A stretch of 53,099 nucleotides of DNA from Fonticula alba ATCC 38817 (taxonomy: Eukaryota; Protista; Nucleariida): assembly GCA_000388065.2 (NCBI GenBank), contig KB932204.1; one strand, written 5' to 3'. Of the stretch, positions 1 to 14,161 are shown in pieces. The position numbers and the translations under genes are program-made. How positions within the stretch are numbered: the stretch's first letter is position 1; every line of letters begins with the position of its first letter. Below the pieces are notes generated by a model, which did not search any database, was not told the origin of the DNA, and worked only from the letters and a program-made list of their open reading frames with translations.

Positions 1-2458
1 CAGGATTGGGCCGCGAGGTCCGAAGGCATTGTGGCCGGCGCCGCCCAGCGAACGAGGGAAAAGACGCGTGGCCTTTCGGCCCCCCCCCCCCCCCCCGCCG
101 GAGCAGCGCGCCAGGGCAGGCCCTGGTGGAGACACAAGGGGACTGGGTTCCGCGGACCGTTCCAGAACGGGGGCGGAAAAAACAGCGCCCCTTTGCGGCC
201 GGCCTCGCCCCCCCGGAGGAGCGGGCGCCGCTCGGCGGGTCGGGATTTCCGCGTGTCCGTGTTGGCTGGGCGGCGGCGGCGGCGGCCGATCACCCGGCGG
301 CATCCCTGCGCCCCTCTCCCGCCCCCCCCCGGGGGGGGGATACCGCAGCCGGCCGGTGGAGGCGGATTCGTCATCGACGTGCCATGCCCCGGGCGCCGCC
401 GAGGGGTGGGCCGGGGACGGGAGGGGACGGAATGCACCGCTGTGCCATTCCTCCCTCCGGAGGAAGCGCCCTCTCGAAAAGGAGAACACAGTAGCGCGCT
501 CCCCCAGGCTGGCCGTCGCGCTGGAAGTAAAGAGCCGCCTCTCTGCGGCTGGGCCCCTGCCGGTCCCCCGGCAGGGGGAGGGGGGGGGGGGGGGGGAGCA
601 AGCTTTTTCGATCGGTTGTCCCGCTGCCCCCTGCGCCGCGCGAAGATCCCCCCCGCCCGGGGAACAGGATGGGGGGCGGGCGAGCACCACCCAGGACAAC
701 GCGAGCGTTATTTCACCGGGGTCTCACTGCCCCCGGACCGGAGGGTAGCGTGGCGGCCGAAGGTTGCGAGAATCATCCTCGCCGGCGGCTCGAGCGCCGG
801 GTGGGCCCAATCCGAATACGGGTGCACACCCACGATATTGCCTTTCCTCAGGGGGCTGCAATGTGGGCTTTCAGCCTCTCTCTCTCTGTCTCTCGCTCGC
901 CCGAGCTTGTCCCCGGCCCTCGGCCCTCGCCTCCAGGGCACCTTCTCCTGCAACGAAGGAACCACACGCGCATGAAAAGGGCACACAGGCAATCTGGGCA
1001 CCGGAGTGTCCGCGAAAACAGAGGGGTGTGTAGCTTGGCCCTTTCCGAGTGTACAGCCAAGTAGGCGTGTGTGTGCGTGGACATGCAGTTGCCGCCGCAT
1101 CGGCGCATATTCACCCCCACATCTGGCGGCTCAGTTTCGGCCGCAGCATTGTCGGGGGGGGGCGGGAGGGGGGAGCGGGGGCCGAAGTGCTCGCCCGCTC
1201 CTGGCCGACTGGCCTAACTGACTGCCCAATAAGCCGCGCGCCTCCTGGCAGAGTGCTTTTTCCGCGAATGCACGCTCCCCGGCCCCGCCTTCCTGCCCCA
1301 CCGGGGCCGATGCCGCCGGGGGGGGGGGGGGGACCCCGCATCAACCGCCGCCCCTCCCCGGGCTGATGGGGGAGCGTGCGCAGGAAAGAGCGCAGCAACA
1401 CGAGCCGGCGAGGCGACAAGACAAAGGCGTGAAGGGCCGGCCAGCCAGCAAGGAGCCTGCCGGGACCTGGACCTGACGCGCCAAATGTGGGCGCATTGTT
1501 GACTTGGCTCCTTGAGGGTGGACTAGCCACCCTCGCAGAAGGCCTGGGTGGGAGGAGGGCCAAGCGACTCCGGGGGCATGCTTGCACACGCGCATTCGGT
1601 CGCCGCCCCCCTCCGCGCCCATCCCATTCATCCAACACACACACAGAGAGAGAGAGAGAGAGTCACCCACACGCGCGCGCCCGGACAGCCTCTGGCCTGC
1701 CGAGCCCCGCCCACCCACACGGAGCGGGCGAAACCCCGGTCTCTTCGGCGTCCGAAAAGAGTTCGGAGCCCCGGGCGGAACAGGTGGTCTTGACCCCCGC
1801 GCGCGTGCGCCCGGCCGGCCGGTCGTTGAGCCGACATTGGCCAGACACATCCCCCCTGGCGCCGGAGGAGGCCCAGCCCGCCCGGGCCCTGCCCTCGCGA
1901 TGCTTCGGTTTCACAACGGTACCCGCCGCCGTGGGGAGGCCGAAGCGTCCGGGCCGCGCCAACGAACTCCCCGGCCCCGAGCCCCAGGCCCCAAGCCCCG
2001 GCATGGCGTGCTCGCGAGTGTGTTCGTTCCCCGGCGCACGCACAGACACACACGCACACACCGGAGGAACGAGAGAGACGGAGAGAGGGACCAGGGGAGG
2101 CCCAGATACACATGCACACGGGCACCCGTTTCCGCACGCACACGCACGCGCCCACGCCCCCGGGCACTCCTGACCCCCGGGGGGGGGGGGGGGGGGGGGG
2201 GGACCACAGTGCCAGTCCCCCACAACACCGCCCCCCCCAACACCGGGCCCACGCCCCAACCTCCCCCATCCCCCCCACCCCATTCGAGTCCTCTCTCCCC
2301 CCCCCCCCCCCACCCCGCCCCTCCAGCTTCGTCGCCTCGCGCGCCCCCCCCCCCTCTCCCCCTCTCCCTCTTCCCATCTCGGAGGCTTCGTCCCCCCCTC
2401 CTTTCCTCCGGCCCCGCATCCCTTTTCTCCACCCCAATCCTTCCCAGACGCGCTGACC

Positions 2459-4473
2459 ATGGGCTGCACGTCGAGCAAGCAGAAAGACCGCATCACGTCG
2501 GACATCGATGATTCACTGGCCGAGAGTGATGCGCGCGGCGAGCTCAACCTCAAGATTCTGCTCCTGGGTACGTCAGTGTTGCTTGAGGGGGCTCTTCCCC
2601 GGCCACCCATCAATTTCCTTTGCAAATCCCCCCCCCCCCCCCATCATGGTGAGAATACCTGATCACCATCCTGCTCTTACACGTATTTGTCCCCCCCCCC
2701 CTTCCCCCTCCAAGGCCCCGGTGAGTCCGGCAAGTCCACCTTCCTGAAGCAGATCAAGCTCATCTATGACATCAAGCTCACTGATGTGGAGCTCTCCACT
2801 CTGGCCAGCAGTCTCAAGCGCAACACCATGCAGTGCATGCAGATTCTCGTGGACAAGGCCCACCAGTTCGACCTGAGCCTCGGCGTGGACGAGGTGCGTA
2901 CTGCGCGCGCGCGCACGCGCACGCGTCAAATCTCCCCTTCCCCCCTCCCTCCCCCCCTCCTGGCCACATGCTATTCCTCTCGTCCGAGAGAGAGAGAGAG
3001 AGAGAGAGACCTGCTGTCTCCTTCCCCGCACGTGCTCTGTCACTCATCCCCGCGCACCATCCAAATGCCTGTGCATATGCCTGCGCCCCGTCCCATGAAC
3101 GCCCCCATCCACACGACAGGAGATCGGCCAGGCCATCCTCGACTATGAGCTTGGCGATGACTCCAACTTTGACGGCACCATTGCCGAGATTGTGTCCATC
3201 CTCTGGAAGAACCCCGCCATCCAGGAGACTTTTAAGCGCCGCAACGAGTTCTGGATTCTCGAGGCCGCTCCTTAGTGCGTCCCCTTGTCCTTTTTGTTGA
3301 TGATGCTCTGGCCTTTTGGCTTGCTCTTTTCATCGGCCAGAGGCCCCCTCCCCCCTCACATCCAGGGCTTCTCGGCAAGGACCCCGACACACACACACAC
3401 ACACACACACCTTGCCCTCCTCTATATCATCCTCCTGACGTCCATCCACTGCCCCCCCCCACCGACAGTGGCAACCGATGCGCGCGCGGGTGTGCCTTCC
3501 TGGCACGCATCCTGGCTCCGCAATGATTGCTGGTGCTGGTGCTGGTGCTGTCTGCCCCCCCCCCCCCCCCCCTACACCCCCCCCCCCCCCCCCCCCCCCC
3601 CTTCGCCCCGCGCGCAGCTACTTCGAGAATGTCCAGCGCGTGGCTTCGCCCGACTTCCAGCCGACCGAGCGCGATATCGTCATGACTCGCGTCGTGACCA
3701 CTGGCATCACCTCGACTCAGATCAACATCCCCGAGAAGCAGATGGCCTACACCATTGTCGATGTGGGCGGCCAGCGCAATGAGCGCCGCAAGTGGATCCA
3801 CTGCTTCGATCGCGTCAAGGCGGTCCTTTTCGTCATCAATCTGGCCGAGTGCGTGAATGCCCCCTTCTCTCGGTTATGCCGCTGTGCCCGCCTATTGCCC
3901 TCCGGCGTCACGTCAGACACGCGTGTCTTCCTTTCTCCCCCACCCCACACTGACAGCTGCTCCCTTTCCTCGCCCCCCTATCCAAACACACACACACACG
4001 CACGCACGCACGCACGCACGCACGCACACAGTTACAACAACGTCCTCTACGAGGATACCCTGGTCAACCGCATGACCGAGGCTGTTCAGCTGTTCGCCAC
4101 CACCGCCAACAACACCCTCTTCGAGAACACCCCCTTCTTCCTGGTGCTGAACAAGCGCGATCTCCTGGAGGAGGTCCTGCCCACTCGTAGCATTCAGACC
4201 TGCGAGGCCTTCTCCGACTATACCGGCGATCGGAATGATGTCAACGGTGTCATCGAGTTCATTTCGGCCAAGCTGCGCGGGATGGTGCACAATGGCGACC
4301 CCGGCCGGGTGCATGTCCTGCCCATGTCGGCCTGCCAGCGCTCGGAGATTGAGACCGCCTGGGAGCTCATCAAGAAGACCCTCGAGGAGAGCTACTCGGA
4401 AAAGCTTGATGCCTCTCGCAAGTATCTGGCCGATCGCGGCCTGGATGTCGGCCCCAGCCAGTCGTCAACCTGA
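2459..4473 (+). CDS. Heterotrimeric G-protein alpha subunit, 5 exons (2459-2567, 2715-2893, 3120-3274, 3618-3848, 4032-4473)
   Basis: The spliced product has an MGC N-terminus (myristoylation/palmitoylation pattern), P-loop LLLGPGESGKST, switch I RVVTTGI, switch II DVGGQRNERRKWIHCF, YNNVLYED...NRMTEA and NKRD. All four introns are GT-AG and phase-compatible. The subfamily cannot be assigned by eye. Confidence 0.97.
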
Positions 4474-5087
4474 GTGGCCCTGGGGCTGCCTTGGTGGCAG
4501 GACGACTGTGCCTCTCTGGGGCCCCCTCTCTCTCCCTCCCCAGGCAGTGTGTGTGTGCACTGACTCCGGACCACCAGACAGGGCCACCGGCACAGGAGAC
4601 CGCCCCTGGAGCCCAGGTCTCTCTCGTCCCCCCCCCCCCCCCCCCCTCTTTAGCAGGAATGATGGAGAGGGCGCGCGTGCTGCCCTTCCCCCTTCTTTTT
4701 CGTTTTTTTTCCCCCCCTAGAGGACGGCGCCCCCCTCCTTCTTTTCCTGTGCGGATGGAACACCACATTTTGCAAATAAAAAAATTTACACAAAGAAGAC
4801 CGCTTGCCTCTTGTCCTCGGTCCTTCTTCAGGCCAGGGGGAGCACATAGCCGGGTGATGGCGGGTCTGCCAGAGAGACCGGAGCAGGGAGGAGGGGCGGG
4901 GATGGACAAGTACATTCGATGGATTGCCAGGAGAGGGGACAAAGGGACGCACGGAGGACAGGAAGGGGGGAGAGTATACGACATGTGCGTGTGGGTGTGT
5001 GGGTGGGTGGGTGGGTGTGAATTCATATATACACACACACACACACACACACGTCTCCCAAGCATGAGGCCTGGAAAAGAGGCCGGC

Positions 5088-8000
5088 TTAGAAGCCAGAC
5101 ACTCCGATCTCCTTGATCAGATCGCTGACCTTCCCAACCGACAAGCCGACCAGCGACTCGAGGGTGGCCCCGCCGTAGCAGCTTCGGCACCACTGCTCGT
5201 ATTGGGTGATGCGAGAGATGAGCTCCATCTCGATATGGTGGCTGGCAGCATTGAGCTGGCCCTCGGCAGACTTGGAGAAGTGCCTCCGCAGCGACTGGTA
5301 CGTGTGCCGGAGGGCCTTGCGGAGCTGGGAGGGCGGGGGATGGGTCACAGTCAGGAAGTGTCACGCGGGGGGCGCCGAAAGGGAGCAGCAGGAGGTGACA
5401 CTGGCGGAGGGCAGCCCCGCACGCACATCGGACAGGGCGTTCACGCCAGCCGCGCGAACCAGGGCATTACGGCTGTACGTCACCACAAAGCCCACCTCCT
5501 CCGGCTTGCGGCCGGAGTCCAGCAAGCCTCGCACGCCGGACATGAATTCGCCCAAACGCCCGAGGGCCCGAGTGACGCAGTACACCGCGTAGAAGTCCAG
5601 ATACGCCTTGTACAGTTTGTTGGCGGCCGCCGTATACGGCGCCAGGCAGCGAATCTTCAGGGTGTTGAATTCGTGCGCAAAGTGGTAGCAGTTTTCCGCA
5701 ATCAGAACCGCCGCGTCGCGCTGGCCCTTCTCCCCGAGCGAGACAAGCAGCTGGTTGGCAGCCGCCACATTGTGAAGCACCCCGGGTGGGGGCTCCGGCT
5801 CGGACAGGAACAACGGCAGGGAGGAGAGCAGCCGCCGAGCCATGCGTGCATAGTCCGTATCCAGGAGAGCCCGCGCCTTGGCCGCGCGCAGGGCGCAATC
5901 CGTCTCCACCTCGGTGGTAAGTTCCGGTGACACGAGCTGCGAATAGGAGAGGTCCACCTCGAAGCAGGCCTCAATCCGGCGGATCATGTTCTTCGGAAAG
6001 GTAGAGGAGCGGGGGGGGGGGGGGGGGAATGGGCAGGAGAGATTAGCAAAAACCCAAGGGGGCTCCTCAGGCGAAAAACCCCGTGGACAATGATGGACTG
6101 ACGCACCGGGAACACTTGGAAGGATTCGAGCATGCCGCGCTTGCGCACAGTAATCCCGCATACCGGAGCGATGGACTGAAGCGAGGCGCCGATCATGTCG
6201 GTGTACTCGCGCAAGATGATGTCGGTGCTGAAGCGCTCGATCATCCCCCGAAGGAAGGGCTCATTCACAAGGCGGTACTTGCAAAGGACCTCGCATGCCA
6301 CCATGAAGGAGACGCTGATGGTGGGGTCGGCCCGGAGGGCATTCTTGGCCAGAGAGTGTAGTGAGTCGTTCAGATTGTCGAACGACATGTCCAGGAACTT
6401 TTTCTCCTTCTCCGAGAGTTCGGCGAACATGGTCAGCGGGTTGAGTTTCTCCGCCGGCACCCGACGCTTGGGCTTGAAGAAGATGGCGTAGAAACCACGC
6501 TCACCGAGGCAGTACTGGTAGACGATCTCGAGGAAGCGGAATAGGCCCTGGAAGGGAGTGGGGGGGAGAGAGAGAGAGGGAAAGGGATGGAAAAGTGAAA
6601 TTAGGAAAGGCAGGCGNNNNNNNNNNNNNNNNNNNNNNNNNNNNNNNNNNNNNNNNNNNNNNNNNNNNNNNNNNNNNNNNNNNNNNNNNNNNNNNNNNNN
6701 NNNNNNNNNNNNNNNNNNNNNNNNNNNNNNNNNNNNNNNNNNNNNNNNNNNNNNNNNNNNNNNNNNNNNNNNNNNNNNNNNNNNNNNNNNNNNNNNNNNN
6801 NNNNNNNNNNNNNNNNNNNNNNNNNNNNNNNNNNNNNNNNNNNNNNNNNNNNNNNNNNNNNNNNNNNNNNNNNNNNNNNNNNNNNNNNNNNNNNNNNNNN
6901 NNNNNNNNNNNNNNNNNNNNNNNNNNNNNNNNNNNNNNNNNNNNNNNNNNNNNNNNNNNNNNNNNNNNNNNNNNNNNNNNNNNNNNNNNNNNNNNNNNNN
7001 NNNNNNNNNNNNNNNNNNNNNNNNNNNNNNNNNNNNNNNNNNNNNNNNNNNNNNNNNNNNNNNNNNNNNNNNNNNNNNNNNNNNNNNNNNNNNNNNNNNN
7101 NNNNNNNNNNNNNNNNNNNNNNNNNNNNNNNNNNNNNNNNNNNNNNNNNNNNNNNNNNNNNNNNNNNNNNNNNNNNNNNNNNNNNNNNNNNNNNNNNNNN
7201 NNNNNNNNNNNNNNNNNNNNNNNNNNNNNNNNNNNNNNNNNNNNNNNNNNNNNNNNNNNNNNNNNNNNNNNNNNNNNNNNNNNNNNNNNNNNNNNNNNNN
7301 NNNNNNNNNNNNNNNNNNNNNNNNNNNNNNNNNNNNNNNNNNNNNNNNNNNNNNNNNNNNNNNNNNNNNNNNNNNNNNNNNNNNNNNNNNNNNNNNNNNN
7401 NNNNNNNNNNNNNNNNNNNNNNNNNNNNNNNNNNNNNNNNNNNNNNNNNNNNNNNNNNNNNNNNNNNNNNNNNNNNNNNNNNNNNNNNNNNNNNNNNNNN
7501 NNNNNNNNNNNNNNNNNNNNNNNNNNNNNNNNNNGGGGGGGGGTGAGATAAGGAGACAGGGTGGAGGGCCATCAGGTGGAATCCAGTGCATGGACCGGAG
7601 AGACCCGGGAACATACCATCTGAGTAGTCCACCAAAAGGGCCTGATTCAGGATGGCCGAAGCTTGGACGAGTGTCGGAATGTTGGCCGGGTCATCAAACG
7701 AAGTGGACTCGAGTGCCCGAAGGACCATCGGGTCGATTGTAAGATTGTCCTGGGGACCATGCCCGCGAGCGCCAGCAAGCGCATGTGCGTGGTGTCAGGC
7801 GGCAGACGTCGGGATGGGACCATTTCTCCCGGGCACAAGGGATGCGCCGATGAAAAGGGGGGGGGGGAGGCACCGGCCAGGGCGCACCTTTAACATCGTG
7901 AGCACCGATCGCAGGCGATTTTCATTCATATTTCGGATGCTGAGCTTGCGATTGCGCTCCTCGATGACCGCCAGATCGGACGAGAGCTTTTCCAGCGGCG

Positions 8001-9598
8001 CTGACAGCGAGGAGATCCATCCCTCCAGGGTGGAGGCGTGCGACAGAGACATGTCGATCAATGAGAGGGACTGTTGGATTTGGTGGCGGTTCTGCACAAG
8101 TGTGTGGATGCTGGCCTACACGTGTGGGAAGGAGATCAGGTCAGTGGGAATGGAGGGCAGCGGATCCGGGCCGGCGGCGGCGGTGGCGGCGTACAGTCTC
8201 AAGGGCCTCAAGTTCATTCAGAAGCTGATGCTCGAAGGAGAGGATGTCGAGGGGGCTCCACGAGGAGAAGCTGAATAGAGGACCACCTATGCAGCAGACC
8301 AGAGAGAGGGGGAGAAAAAGGGAGGGAGGGGGTAGAGTGAGCAAATGGTGAACATTGGGCAGTGTGCCTGTGCATGTGGGTGGGCGAGGGTAGAGGGAGA
8401 GATCGAGAGGGGAAGGGGGGNNNNNNNNNNGGGGGGGGGGTGTACGAACTGTCCATGTTGTTGAGGGCCGAGTTGACGATGCTCCGTGGGTCCTTGGGGG
8501 CCGCGTCGGTCGGCGCGTCGGGAGCACTGGCGGCCTCCTGATCACCATCTGCAGGTTGATCGACGTGTCAATATCCAACACACAAGAGAGGCCAGGGGAT
8601 TTCCCACGCCGGAGTGGGCGGCACGTACCGGGATCAACGGCGTCCGACCGGAGGACCGCCCCACCGGAGAGAACGGAGATCCGGTTGTCGAAGAGGTCCT
8701 TGCACAGCTGAGAGTCCATGAGAGGAGGCGAGGTGAGTAGGGGGACAAAGGTGCCGCAGGAAAGCGGGCACAAGTGGGACTCACCTGGCAGAGGTAACCA
8801 ACGAAGGAAGAAAACTCGCCACGGATGTCGTATGGCGATTTGGGTTGGTAGTCCAGGAGAAGTGCGTCCGAGGGTCGGAAAGGGATGAGCTCGGTGTCGC
8901 ACAGGAAGTGCACCGTAGACTCGACGTCATCTGGCGTGCGGAATGTGATCTTGAATTCGGGGGGCTCAGCACGCTGGCGAGAGAGAGAGAGAGAGGTTAG
9001 AGGGGAGAAAAGAAGAAGGAAAGCGCCGCAGCCCTGGCGAAAGAGATGCAAAAGAGAGAGAGAGCGGCGGAGGGGAAGAAAGGCCGCGCACGTCATCTTG
9101 CGAGGATGGGGGGGCAACCCCGGCAGGGGCCATGGCGCCGGGAGGCGAATCGGTTGCAGCTGCCCGGCGGGTGACGATCGTCCCGGCCGAGGACAGGGCA
9201 AGAGTCCGGCTGAGGTCCTCCACCGAGCGGATGGATCCGAGTGGGGTGCGGAAGAAGACCCGCCGGCGTCCGGACGCCGAGATGCGGTAGATGCTCATGG
9301 AGTACTGGTGCGTGATGTTGATGGCGCTGGAACCAAAGCCTCCCGAAGTGCCGGTCACATCCTGCTGGGCGGGAGACCGGCGCACGAGGGACAACTCGAA
9401 TCCGGCAGCTGGCACGTCCAACTCCGCCCCCGACTCCACCACCGGTGTTACTGGCAGGATGAAGAGGATGGAGGAGGTGAGGACGCCAGGACGAGGGTTG
9501 GAGGGGGCCGCCGTGGTGGCGGATGCCGTGGCGGCGGATGTCGAGGTCGAGGCCGGCATCGGGCCGGCGATCTCCCTGCCTCCGTGAACGGAGGCCAT
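5088..9598 (-). CDS. EXOC1: Exocyst complex component Sec3/EXOC1 (multi-exon; middle part lost in gap 6617-7533)
   Basis: There is an N-terminal PH-like segment (IRSVEDL...PPEFKITF...FVGYLCQLCKDLF). The Sec3 coiled coil reads FEHQLLNELEALET/ANIHTLVQ...LAVIEERNRKLSIRNMNENRLRSVL. The C-terminal part reads ENCYHF...YKAYLDFY...RALGRLGEFMSGV...EEVGFVVTYSRNAL...YQSLRRHF. The ATG at 9598 is the inferred start and the TAA is at 5090-5088. Internal exon borders are only partly resolved. Confidence 0.88.
6617..7533. other. Assembly gap (917 N) inside Sec3; other gaps at 8421-8430, 17931-18215, 26488-26520, 39213-39237, 41583-41642, 47531-47636
   Basis: These are runs of N in the sequence. Nothing can be called inside them. 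Confidence 1.
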
Positions 9599-11910
9599 TT
9601 GCAGGAGGGATGAGCCGGGAGAGGTGGGAAGGGGAGGAGGGGGAGAGGGAAGGAGGGAGGGGAAGGAGGGAGGGAGAGAGGGAGCGGGGTTCTTTGACGG
9701 TCCCGGGCATTTTCCCGCCTGGAAGAGAGGGGCTTTTTTCGGCCCGGAGTACACACCACCAAAAGGGGCCGGGCCAGGGCCGGGCAGGAGGAAAAAAGCT
9801 CGCGCGCGCAGGAGCGCGGCTATCGATCGGCCGAGCCAACGCCGGACTGCCGCCGGGAACCGTGGGCATCTAACTTGGGAATGTGCTCGCACTTGGGTCC
9901 TCGCGTGATCCCTCGACTGGGGCCTGATTCCGGGGAGCGTGTGATGTGATGCATCGGGACGCAGATGGGTGTGACCCCGCGAACCGGACAGTGGGGCGAA
10001 CACGGCCACACAGTGGCTCTGGCCGAGGAACGACCCCGGGCGAACATTGAGACAAATAAAAGATCGACCTGCGGATGGAGGGTTGGGCCTTGGGATTGTG
10101 CGGGAGGGTGGTCGTCAGGCGAGATGCAGGGGGGGGCGCAAGCAATTCTTTATTCCCGGGAGTCCCGGGGAGGGGGAGGCCCGGGGGGGGGCGGGCGGGC
10201 GGGGGGGCGATCAAGCCTGTTGGGGCCGTGGGGCAGGGCGCCACGAATCGGGTCGAGCGTGCCGGTGCCGGGCGATGCCGACCGCCAGGGACCGGGAGAA
10301 CATAGTACAACCGACCGGGAGACGGCAACGAGAGCTGGCCGCGACGTGGGGGCCCGGGCGCGAGGGGGGGGGGGTCTGGCCTGCCTCTCAGCCATTGGGC
10401 TGGCCCATGTTTGGATGATGCATGATCGGGCGGCCTGAGGGCGCGCGAGTCGCGGCGGGGGGTGGCGAAAACCGGCCACTTGGCGACGGGATCGACCGAG
10501 ACCAAGTGGCCGGTGGCAGGGGTCGGGGGGGGATCTGGTATTCCCACGTCGGCGGCTGGGATCCAGGGGAGGGGTCCCTTTCTGGGGGGGGGGGGGGGAT
10601 TGCCGTTCAAGGACGCTGCTGGGCAGGGCCGGCGCGGCGGACGGCCGACAGTGCCTCCCCCCGTGGCGCCCAACCTTGTGTGTGTGTGTGTGTTCCCCTC
10701 CGCGGGTTGCACCAAACACGGGGGTAGTCGTTGGGGGGCAAGCGGGGGACCGGAGGGGCTCTTGGCTTAGAAACGATGTGTCAAGCGACACGGCGCCGCG
10801 CGCAGAGGGCCGAGGAAAAGGCCGCATTAATAATGGATTGAACATGTCCTTCGACCAACACTCATGACTTCGGATTCTGACACATACACACGGAGGCGGC
10901 CTGCATTATTCCAGCCCTCGGGGGGGGGGGGGATGTGCTGTGTTTGTGCGACCGGTGGACTGGCCTTATTTTTACAGCTGCCGCTGCCCCCTCTCCGCTC
11001 GGGTTGCGATCGAGACCCTTGGCTCTGGTGGCTTCGCGGGGGGGGGGGGGGGGCAACGGCGAGGAGCTGTTCATCCCCCTGGCAACATTTGCCGGGCCAC
11101 GGAGCCGCCCTGGTCCCCTCGCGGCTGGCCGGCCAGCCGGGCCGGGCCGCCGCGCGCCGAGGGCGACCCGGCAAGATGCGCGAAGGTCGGTCGTGCCCAG
11201 GACTCTCGGGTCTCGGGCGGCGTGGGCACGGCTGTCCGTGAGGGCATGGGTGCAAGCGCCGGCACCCCGAACGGACCCGGCCCCTCCCGCGTCGCGCGCG
11301 CGCCCCCCCCCCCTCCCCCTACGGCGCCCGGGCCTCGGGCTGGTGTTGCCAAGGGAGGGGGCACAGCGGGTGGGCCTTGTCCGGACGCGCAGACACCCCG
11401 GCCCGACAGGCGGCCTCCCCGAGGCGCCGGCCGTCGTCTTCCGGGCCGCGGCCCGATGGCGGGTGTCTGCTCGCTGTTTGCCACCGCTGGTGTGTCCGGT
11501 TGGGCGCGACTTCGGGCGCCCGCTGGGGCCCGGACATAACCCCCCCCCCCCCCCGCCCTCGCCCAAAGAGCCTGCCTTGGACCGGGTATCACCAGGGGGA
11601 GCGCTGCTTGTTTGGTCGTTGTTTGCAGCGGGCTAGGTACGAGCTTCGCCGGGGGGGCGGGGGGGGGGGGGCGGCGGCGGGGGGCGGGAGAGGCTGACAG
11701 CCTGCCCGCCGGCCCGCCCATCGCCGCGGCGGTTCGGGCCGCCTCCTTTCACCGGTGGCGTTGCCCGGGGGAATATTGCTGCTCGGGCTTGGCGTGCGTG
11801 GCGGCCGGCGAGGGCCCCCTCGCCCACTCGCCGCGTGTGGCCCCTGCGATGGGCACCTGTGTGCTCTCGGTGGCCCGGCCAAGGGCTCTGTGGGCCGGCC
11901 GATGGGCAGA

Positions 11911-11941
<31 letters not shown>

Positions 11942-14161
11942 ACGCTTGAGGGGTCTGTCGTTCCTCTGTCAGCGCTTGAACGCCAAGGAAGATTGTTCCA
12001 AACGGGGGCCGACTGACGCTGTCCCCCTTGTGCCCCCTTCTCATCTGGCGTGTGGAGGTTGTCCCCGGGCCTCCTCGTCCCTCCTCTCGGCGCGCCGGTG
12101 TGCTTTCCGTCCTGGGCCGAGGGGCAAGGGCCTCTCGAGAGGCTGGCGCCCAGGAGTGTGTATGGTGTGTGTGGGGTGTGCATGCGTGCGTCTCTCTCCC
12201 CCTCTCTCTCTCTCTCTGTCTCTCTGTCTCTCCCTCTCTTTCTCTGTGCGTGAGCGCGTGTGTGTTTGTGTGTCGGCCCCACTTCGTGGTGTAGCCACGC
12301 GTCAGCCCACCCCAGGGGGGGAGAATGACACATGGGCGGGTGTTAAGTTTGTCGGGATATGTGTAGGGCGCGCGCGCGAACGCGCATGCCGGAGGCTCCT
12401 GCCTGTGGCCATTCCTCCGACCGTGCGGGGCCGAAGAAGGCGGCTGGGCGGGCCGACATCCACCTCGGGACAGAGTGCCCGCCTGCCTTGGAGCGCGCCT
12501 GGCCGGAGTGCTGAGACACCTGGGCGGCCACGGTTTTCTGGGAAAGCCCCTCTCGCCCTTCCGGCGGACAGGTTCTCTGAGAAGCTGACCGGGGTGCAGT
12601 GGGCCGCCTCTCCCCTCCACGCCCGACCCCTCAGCCCCACAGCCTCTCTCTCTCTCCCCCTCTCGCTCTCTCTCGCTCTCTCTCGCTCTCTCGCTCTCTC
12701 TCTCATCCTCTCTCTCGCCCTCCCTGAGGGCCAGCTCGCCGCTGTTTGTCTGTTCCCCTCGCGGCGAGCAGAGGGGCCCTGGGCAGAGTGGCTTGGGCGG
12801 GTTTTTCCCCCTCCGATGTTCCGGGCTTCTCACTGCGCGCGGGCCGATTGCGCGCGCACGCACGCCCGTGGACCGCAACCGCCCTTGATCCGGCCCTCAG
12901 GGGCGCATGCCTGGAATGCGTTTTCCCTGCCCGAGCGCGCGCGCGCGCGCGCGTCCGCGGCCGCGCCCGCGCCCGCGCCCGCGCACACTCGGCCAATCCC
13001 GCCACCCAGGCTGCTGGCATCACAGCCGGGGGAATGCCCGTCCCGGCTCCGTCCCCCTCGGGGTCATGGTCGTTTATTTGGCCCCCGGGGCCGGCGGGCG
13101 GGGGCGAGTGCTGGGATCCAGAAATGCCCAGCCCTTCTCGGCGCCCCGCTCGGTGGCGCGGGGCATGGGCGAGAGAGGGCCGAGCCGGTGCGGTCAAAGG
13201 GGGGCGCGCTCGTCCCCCGACAGTCGAGACACCCGGCGGCAGGGGCGGGGAGACATGGTCCGCGGCCGGGGGGGGCGGGGGGCTGAATGTCGCGAACCTG
13301 TGCCGCCCAAAGGCTCGCCCCAGGGCCAGCCTTGCCCTGTTCCCCCGCCCCCCGCCCCCTCTTTGACCCCCTCGTGTTCTGGGGCGGAGACCTGGGGCTG
13401 GCAGTACCCGCGCGAGTGAAGGGGCCGGAACGGGGTCGGGCGCGAGCGGCGAGGGCCTGCACCGTCGGCCCCGCGACATGGTTCTCCGTGAACTGGCGCG
13501 CGCGCGTGCCCCCGCGTAGGCGCGCGCGCCCAGGGCGGCAGGGGCCCGTGAGAGGCCCCCCCCCTGCAAATGTGGCTGCGTGCGGGCCAGCCCGTGGTTC
13601 CCCGCAAGGGGTGCACAGGGACAGGGGAAGGGGTGCCTCCGGGACAGTTCCCCCCCCCCCCCCCGCCCCCGCCGTCGCCCCCCTCCCCCACCGCACGTCC
13701 GCGCACACACGCCGGTGAGGGGGCTTTTTTTCTGGGACCATCGGGCGGTTGATCCAACGGGCCCTCAGCATATTCCCCACTTCCCCCCTCTCTCTCTCCC
13801 CCCCCTCCCGACACCTCCTCCGGCTCCAACTGTACCTCCCTCACTTCTGCCCTCCCGCCTTCCTCCTCCCCCTTCCGCCTTCCTCCCGCGTGTGCATATC
13901 TGCGCACTCATGCATGCTCCATTCTCCCCTCCTCTCTTCTCTCTCCCCCTCCATGCCCCGGTGCTCCAACACACGCACACGCCCGCACCCACCCCACATG
14001 TGTCCCCTGTCGGCGGGCAGTGCACTCTCATCCCCCCTCCCCCCTCATTGTCTCCCTGCCCTCTCTTCCTCGGCGCTAACTTCTCTCCACCCTCGCGCGC
14101 CCCCCCCCCTTCTCAGCTCGCCACTTTTCTCCTCCCCTCTCCCTCGCCACAAAACATCACC

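Noticed and set aside
6-2400. Numerous overlapping Arg/Pro/Gly-rich ORFs upstream of G-alpha
   Set aside because: They cross homopolymers and microsatellites, often begin at GTG/TTG, and show no domain. This is probably promoter, UTR and UTR-intron sequence.
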